From Kiloniellales bacterium (GTDB lineage: Bacteria > Pseudomonadota > Alphaproteobacteria > Kiloniellales > J153), in contig JAZGBC010000150.1 of the NCBI GenBank assembly GCA_036444495.1, positions 1-41,826 on the forward strand: a stretch of DNA of 41,826 bases, given 5' to 3'. How positions within the stretch are numbered: position 1 is the first letter of the stretch; the number at the start of each line of letters is the position of its first letter. A program made the position numbers and the translations under genes. Below the pieces are notes generated by a model that saw only the letters and a program-made list of their open reading frames with translations, was not told the DNA's origin and made no database searches. Shown piece after piece: positions 35,363 to 41,826 of the stretch.

Positions 35363-35694
35363 ACGTGGAATGATTCGCCGCAGCCGCAGCGGCCGGTCTC
35401 GTTGGGATTGTTGAAGACGAAGCCGGTGTGGAAGCGCTCCTCCACGTAGTCCATCTCCGAGCCAAGCAGGAACATGATCGCCGTGGGATCGATGAATATC
35501 TTGACCCCCTGGTCCTCGATCACGTCCTCGAAGCGCTTCTGCTCCTCGGCGTATTCGACGAAGTAGCTGAGGCCGGAACAGCCCTTGCTGTTCACGCCGA
35601 CGCGCAGGCCGAGCACCGGCTTCTCGCTCTTGGCGATCAGGTCCTTGACCCGCTGGGCGGCGGCGTCGGTCAGGGTGATGATGGGTGCGGCCAT
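35359..35694 (-). CDS. sufA: A-type Fe-S carrier (SufA/IscA, HesB family)
   Basis: ITLTDAA..R, LRVGV...GCSGLSY, F.F.NPN....CGCGESF. Confidence 0.93.
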   Translation of the reverse strand: MAAPIITLTDAAAQRVKDLIAKSEKPVLGLRVGVNSKGCSGLSYFVEYAEEQKRFEDVIEDQGVKIFIDPTAIMFLLGSEMDYVEERFHTGFVFNNPNETGRCGCGESFHV

Positions 35695-35750
35695 TCGTCT
35701 CGGTCTCCAGTCCTTTGCGGCAGGCTGTCGGGGCCTCCCGATATATAAGC

Positions 35751-36149
35751 TCAGAACATGCCAAGTGCGAGCTTGGCGTCCTCGGACATGCGCTCGGGCG
35801 TCCAGGGCGGGTCCCAGACCAGGCTCGCCGTGACCTCGCCTGCGCCGGGCAGCGCGGCCACGGCATCGGCCACCATCCCCGGCATCTCGCCGGCCACCGG
35901 ACAGCCCGGCGCGGTCAGCGACATCTGGATATCCACCTTGCCGTCCCGGGCGATGGCGATCTCGTAAATGAGCCCAAGGTCGTAGATGTTCACCGGAATC
36001 TCCGGGTCGAAGACGGTCTGCAGGGCAACGACCACCTCGGCCTCCGTCGCCACCGGCGCGCCGGCTTCGAGCGGTGCGCCGGCTGTGGCGCTGAACTCCT
36101 CCGGCTCGCCGGGGGGCGGGGGGTGTCCGAAGGATCCTTGATCGTACAT
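35751..36149 (-). CDS. sufT: DUF59 Fe-S assembly protein SufT
   Basis: AL.TVFDPEIPVNIYDLGLIY, MSLTAPGCPVAG.MP, VWDPPWTPERMSE.AKLALG; ATG 36149 with RBS. Confidence 0.9.
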   Translation of the reverse strand: MYDQGSFGHPPPPGEPEEFSATAGAPLEAGAPVATEAEVVVALQTVFDPEIPVNIYDLGLIYEIAIARDGKVDIQMSLTAPGCPVAGEMPGMVADAVAALPGAGEVTASLVWDPPWTPERMSEDAKLALGMF

Positions 36150-36169
36150 GGCGCCTCTCTCTAGGTTCT

Positions 36170-36637
36170 TTACTCGGTGGAGGTCTCGGTTTCGCCGGAC
36201 ATGGCCGCGTTCATCGTGTGCCAGGCCAGCGTCGCGCATTTGACGCGCATGGGAAACTGGCGCACGCCCGAGAGCACCTGCAGGCGTTCGAGCGCGTCTA
36301 CGTCGCCGTTCGCGGCGCTCGCGTCGAAGTCGTCCTTGGTGCACATCTCGTGGAAATCGTCGAACAGGGCGCGGGCCTCGTCTTTCGTCTTGCCCTTCAG
36401 GATTTCGGTCATGAGCGAGGCCGAGGCGATGGAAATGGCGCAGCCCTTGCCCTCGAAGGCGACATCGCGAATGAGGCCGCTGTCGTCCACGGTCAGATGC
36501 ACCACCAGCTTATCGCCGCAGATGGGGTTGTTGCCCTGGGCGTGGCGGTTGGCCTCCGCCGGACAGCGGTGGTTCCGCGGGTCGCGGCCATGGTCCAGGA
36601 TGACCTCCTGATAAAGCTCGCGCAGCTCGTCCATCAT
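36170..36637 (-). CDS. sufU: SufU-type sulfur transfer/scaffold protein
   Basis: LRELYQEVILDH...PRN, NPICGD, GCAIS.ASASLM, GV..FP.RVKCATLAWH; lacks the IscU LPPVK motif. Confidence 0.92.
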   Translation of the reverse strand: MMDELRELYQEVILDHGRDPRNHRCPAEANRHAQGNNPICGDKLVVHLTVDDSGLIRDVAFEGKGCAISIASASLMTEILKGKTKDEARALFDDFHEMCTKDDFDASAANGDVDALERLQVLSGVRQFPMRVKCATLAWHTMNAAMSGETETSTE

Positions 36638-37899
36638 CAGCCGAATAGCTCCGAAACCGTACCCAGCGCCTCGGCCAGCGCGTCTACCTCGGCGCGCGTG
36701 TTGTAGATGCCGAAGGAAGCGCGTGCCGTGGCCGTCAGCCCGAAGCGTTGCAGCAGGGGCTGGGCGCAGTGGTGTCCGGCCCGGATCGCCACGCCCGCGC
36801 GGTCCACGATGGTGCCCACGTCGTGGGCGTGGGCCTGCTCCATGACGAAGGAGACGATGCTCGCCTTCTCCCTGGCCGTGCCGATGATCGTAAGCCCCGG
36901 CAACTGGGACAGGCGTGTCGTGGCGTAGGCGAGCAGACCGGCCTCATGGGCCGCGATGTTGTCCCGCCCCAGCGCCTCCACGTAGTCCAGCGCCGCGCCC
37001 AGGCCGATGACCTCGACGATGGCCGGCGTGCCGGCCTCGAAGCGGTGCGGCGCCTCCTTGAACTCGCTCTTCTCGAAGGTGACCGAGGAGATCATCTCGC
37101 CGCCGCCCTGGTAGGGGGGCATGGCGTTCAGGAGATCGCGCTTGCCGTAGAGCACGCCGATGCCGCTGGGCCCATAGAGCTTGTGGCCGGTAAAGACGTA
37201 GAAATCCGCGTCCAGCTCGCGCACGTCCACCATCCTGTGCTGCACGGCCTGGCTGCCGTCCACCAGCACGGGCACGTCGCGGGAGTGGGCGAGGGCGATG
37301 ACCTGCTCGATCGGCACCACCGTGCCGATGGCGTTGGAGACATGGAGCATGGCGACCAGCCGCGTGCGCGGGCCGAGCAGGGCCTCGAACCCGTCGAGCA
37401 GCAGGTTGCCCGCATCATCGATGGGCGCGACCTTGAGCACGATGCCGATGCGCTCGCGCAGGAGCTGCCAGGGCACGATGTTGGAGTGGTGCTCGAGGGT
37501 CGAGAGGATCACCTCGTCGCCCTCCTTCAGGAAGGCCTGGCCATAGCAGGCCGCCACCAGGTTGATCGCCTCGGTGGCGTTGCGGGTGAAGACGATCTCT
37601 TTGTCGCTCTCGGCGTTGATGAAGCGGGCGACCTTCTCGCGGCCCGCCTCGAAACCGTCGGTCGAGAGCTGGCTCAGGCGGTGCAGCCCGCGGTGCACGT
37701 TGGAATAATAGGTCTCGTAGGCCTCCTGCATGACGTCCAGCACCTGGCGCGGCTTTTGTGCGCTGGCGGCGTTGTCCAGGTAGACCAGCGGGCGGCCGAA
37801 GACCTCCTGCTTGAGGATGGGGAAATCGGCGCGCACGGACTCCACGTCGAAGGCCAGGGTGGAGTTGCCGCCGGCGGCGATTTCCATCGCCTCGCTCAT
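36637..37899 (-). CDS. sufS: Cysteine desulfurase SufS
   Basis: R.DFPIL, LVYLDNAASAQKP, EHHSNIVPWQ, TGHKLYGP.GIG (PLP Lys), RAGHHCAQP; ATG 37899 overlaps the sufD stop. Confidence 0.96.
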   Translation of the reverse strand: MSEAMEIAAGGNSTLAFDVESVRADFPILKQEVFGRPLVYLDNAASAQKPRQVLDVMQEAYETYYSNVHRGLHRLSQLSTDGFEAGREKVARFINAESDKEIVFTRNATEAINLVAACYGQAFLKEGDEVILSTLEHHSNIVPWQLLRERIGIVLKVAPIDDAGNLLLDGFEALLGPRTRLVAMLHVSNAIGTVVPIEQVIALAHSRDVPVLVDGSQAVQHRMVDVRELDADFYVFTGHKLYGPSGIGVLYGKRDLLNAMPPYQGGGEMISSVTFEKSEFKEAPHRFEAGTPAIVEVIGLGAALDYVEALGRDNIAAHEAGLLAYATTRLSQLPGLTIIGTAREKASIVSFVMEQAHAHDVGTIVDRAGVAIRAGHHCAQPLLQRFGLTATARASFGIYNTRAEVDALAEALGTVSELFG

Positions 37900-39221
37900 G
37901 ACCTTTCCCCATTGGTCGCGCGTGACAGCCAGTGTCCGACGCTGGCCATGAGCGCCGGGCAGAGGCCCTCGGCGGCGATCCCGTTGATGGTCTCGCCCAG
38001 GAAGGCCTCGATCAGCATGTGACGCGCCGTGCTCTCCGGAATGCCGCGCGAGCGCAGATAGAAGAGCGCTTCGTGGTCCAGATCGCCCGTGGCCGCCCCG
38101 TGGCTGCACTTCACGTCGTCGGCGTAGATCTCCAACTCCGGCTTGGCGTCCACCTCGGCCCGGTCGGACAGCAGGAGCGCCTTGCTGAGCTGATGGCCGT
38201 TGGACTTCTGCGCGCCGGGATGCACCGTGATGCGGCCCTGGAAGACGGCGCGCGCCTCGTCGTCCACCACGCCCTTGAAGACCTCGCGGGAGGTGGTATG
38301 GGGCGTCAGGTGATCGATCACGCTCGTGGTGTCCCAATGCTGCTTGCCGCGCAGCATGTAGGCGCCGTTCAGGTGGCATTCGGCGCCCGGGCCGGCGAGC
38401 TGGACCGAGGCCTCGTTGCGCGCCAGCTTGGCGCCGGTGCTGAGGGTGAAGCTGTCATAGACCGCGCCGCGCTCCAGCCGCGCGTGCAGGGTGGCGATAT
38501 GCACCGCCTCGGGACCTTCCTCCTGGACCTTGTAGTGATGCAACTCGGCATCTTCCTGGACCAGGATCTCGGTCACGCTGTTGGCGAAATAGGCGCCCTC
38601 GCCGAGCCCCACGTGATGCTCCACGACGGTGGCCCGGCTGCCCGGCTCGAGCACGATAAGATTGCGCGGGTGATAGGAGATGGGCTCGGCGCCCGCCGCG
38701 CCCACGTAGACCACCTCGATGGGCAGCGGGATGGTGACGCCGGCCTTGACCCTGAGCAGCAAGCCGTCGCGCATCATGGCGGTGTTCAGCGCCAGCAGGG
38801 ATTGGCCGTCGAGCCGGCCGATGCGTCCCAGGCGTTCGGCCATGCCCTCGGGATCGCGCCCCAGCGCCTCGGCCAGGCCGCCCAGTTCGGCGCCCTCGGG
38901 CAATTCGCCGGGCAAGAAGGAGATGCATTGGCGCAGCCGGCCGTTGACGAAGATCACCCGGTGGCCCATGCCGCTCTGCGGGAAGAGCGCGGGCAGGCGA
39001 TCGATGCTGACCGTGTCGGCCGCCGGCGCCGGGGCGAAGCCGGTCTGCTCCAAGGGGCGCAGGCGCGTGTACTTCCAGGACTCTTCCTTGGGTCCGGGCA
39101 GGCCGAGCGAGCCGAAGCGCTCGATCCCGGCGTCGCGCAACTCGCGCAGCCAGGGCAGGGCGGCGCCCGGCAACTCGCCCCGCAGGGAGTCGAACTGCTC
39201 GGTGAAGGACTGGGCGGGCAT
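37896..39221 (-). CDS. sufD: Fe-S assembly protein SufD
   Basis: GLP..K.E.WKYT, VFQGRI.V...AQK, LLLS..A..DAKPELEIYADDVKCSHGA, FYLRSRGI. Confidence 0.95.
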   Translation of the reverse strand: MPAQSFTEQFDSLRGELPGAALPWLRELRDAGIERFGSLGLPGPKEESWKYTRLRPLEQTGFAPAPAADTVSIDRLPALFPQSGMGHRVIFVNGRLRQCISFLPGELPEGAELGGLAEALGRDPEGMAERLGRIGRLDGQSLLALNTAMMRDGLLLRVKAGVTIPLPIEVVYVGAAGAEPISYHPRNLIVLEPGSRATVVEHHVGLGEGAYFANSVTEILVQEDAELHHYKVQEEGPEAVHIATLHARLERGAVYDSFTLSTGAKLARNEASVQLAGPGAECHLNGAYMLRGKQHWDTTSVIDHLTPHTTSREVFKGVVDDEARAVFQGRITVHPGAQKSNGHQLSKALLLSDRAEVDAKPELEIYADDVKCSHGAATGDLDHEALFYLRSRGIPESTARHMLIEAFLGETINGIAAEGLCPALMASVGHWLSRATNGERS

Positions 39222-39224
39222 GTC

Positions 39225-39974
39225 CTAGGCCGCCTCTCCGGTGAAGGCCGCGTAGCCGGTCTTTTCCAGCTCGCGCGCCAGTTCCTTGTCGCCGCTGCGC
39301 ACGATGCGCCCGCCGGCCAGGACGTGCACCTTATCGGGCACGATGTAGTCGAGCAGGCGCTGGTAGTGGGTGATGATCAGGGTGGAGCGCTCCGGCGATC
39401 GCAGGGCGTTGACGCCATCGGCCACGGCTTTGAGCGCGTCGATGTCCAGGCCGCTGTCGGTCTCGTCGAGCACCGCGAGTGTGGGCTCGAGCACGGCCAT
39501 CTGCAGCACCTCGTTGCGCTTCTTCTCGCCGCCGGAGAAGCCCACGTTCAGAGGCCGCTTGAGCAGATCTTCCGAGACGCCCAGCTCCTTCATCCTCCGG
39601 CGCGCCAGCTTGACGAACTGCATGGCGTCCAGCACCTCCTCGCCGCGGTACTTGCGCACGGCGTTGAGGGATTCCTTCAGGAAGGTGGTGTTGGGCACGC
39701 CGGGGATCTCGACCGGATACTGGAAGGCCAGGAACAGGCCTTCGCCCGCACGCTCCTCCGGGCTCATGGCGAGCAGGTCGCGGCCCTTGTAGACGATCTC
39801 GCCCTCGGTGACCCGATAGCCGTCGCGTCCGGTCATGACGTAGGCGAGCGTCGACTTGCCCGAGCCGTTCGGGCCCATGAGCGCATGCACCTCGCCGGCT
39901 CCGATGGACAGATCCAGGCCCTTCAGGATCGCCTTGCCGTCCACGCTGGCATGCAGGTTCTTGATCTCAAGCAT
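39225..39974 (-). CDS. sufC: Fe-S assembly ATPase SufC
   Basis: MLEIKNLHA, GPNGSGKST, AFQYPVEIPGV, GFSGGEKKRNE, LDETDSGLDIDAL, ITHYQRLL. Confidence 0.97.
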   Translation of the reverse strand: MLEIKNLHASVDGKAILKGLDLSIGAGEVHALMGPNGSGKSTLAYVMTGRDGYRVTEGEIVYKGRDLLAMSPEERAGEGLFLAFQYPVEIPGVPNTTFLKESLNAVRKYRGEEVLDAMQFVKLARRRMKELGVSEDLLKRPLNVGFSGGEKKRNEVLQMAVLEPTLAVLDETDSGLDIDALKAVADGVNALRSPERSTLIITHYQRLLDYIVPDKVHVLAGGRIVRSGDKELARELEKTGYAAFTGEAA

Positions 39975-40017
39975 CAAAGTTTTCGTCCCTCTCCCTGACT
40001 CCAATCACCTTGCCGTC

Positions 40018-41481
<1,464 letters not shown>

Positions 41482-41514
41482 GATCGTTTCTCTTTCGCTA
41501 TCTGACGGCTTGGT

Positions 41515-41826
41515 TCAGCCGTTTGTCCCTTCGCTCGGCGCCTGATGCATGGCGCTGGCGCTGGCGCCACGGGCGGCGAACGGTTGAACCTGGTTGGAAA
41601 TTTCGGCCAGCGACACGCCCTCGAGCGACCGGCGCAGGGTGTCGTTGATCACCTGCCAGCCATGACGGGACGGGCAAAGGGGCTCGATGTCGCAACATCC
41701 AAGGGCGTGGTCCATGCATTGGGTGAGCGCAATCGGACCTTCGATGGCGCTGATGATGTCGGCGACGGAAATGTTCTGCGGGCTTTGGGCGAGCTTGTAA
41801 CCTCCCTTGGCGCCGCGGACCGAGCG
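41515..41826 (-). CDS. Rrf2-family SUF regulator (IscR-like), 5' truncated by the window edge
   Basis: RSVRGAKGGYKLA.SP..ISVADII.AIEGPIALTQC.....CC.....C; open to the end of the window. Confidence 0.9.
   Translation of the reverse strand, partial: RSVRGAKGGYKLAQSPQNISVADIISAIEGPIALTQCMDHALGCCDIEPLCPSRHGWQVINDTLRRSLEGVSLAEISNQVQPFAARGASASAMHQAPSEGTNG

Noticed and set aside
37932-39998. 688-aa plus-strand ORF (likewise 40087-41505 and 36748-38022)
   Set aside because: Antisense to sufD/sufC/sufB/sufS, which are unambiguous genes.

Overview
High-GC alphaproteobacterial chromosomal segment (gene content and CtrA boxes suggest a Rhodospirillales/Kiloniellales-like organism; inference). From left to right: (1) the end of an enoyl-CoA hydratase and a CaiB/BaiF CoA-transferase, separated by a lower-GC gene encoding a GIY-YIG (T5orf172-like) + DUF5655-like protein. 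(2) A complete Tad/Cpa (type IVc) pilus locus on the minus strand (flp, cpaA, cpaB, cpaC, cpaD, cpaE, cpaF, tadB, tadC; two tadE-like genes; tadG). A PAP2/IPC-synthase-like gene lies inside it and a divergent STT3/AglB-like GT-C membrane protein lies beside it. (3) A five-gene minus-strand operon behind a perfect CtrA box: orphan ParA, ribbon-helix-helix protein, PAS_5-like protein, TPR-SPOR lipoprotein, coiled-coil protein. (4) A carnitine/betaine catabolic cluster (BKACE, non-pyrrolysine MttB, DMG dehydrogenase-like GcvT, carnitine dehydrogenase-thioesterase fusion, acyl-CoA ligase, CaiD, GlxA-type AraC regulator), then a GntR regulator and a secreted alpha/beta hydrolase. (5) A CTAGAGCA-bounded palindromic element and a SUF operon (Rrf2 regulator, sufBCDS, sufU, sufT, sufA). 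The most interesting candidates are a possible Tad-pilus glycosylation/modification module, a CtrA-controlled ParA-RHH-TPR/SPOR positioning module, and a CpaF ATPase with a duplicated N-terminal helical domain. All family calls come from motif recognition by eye; no database searches were run.
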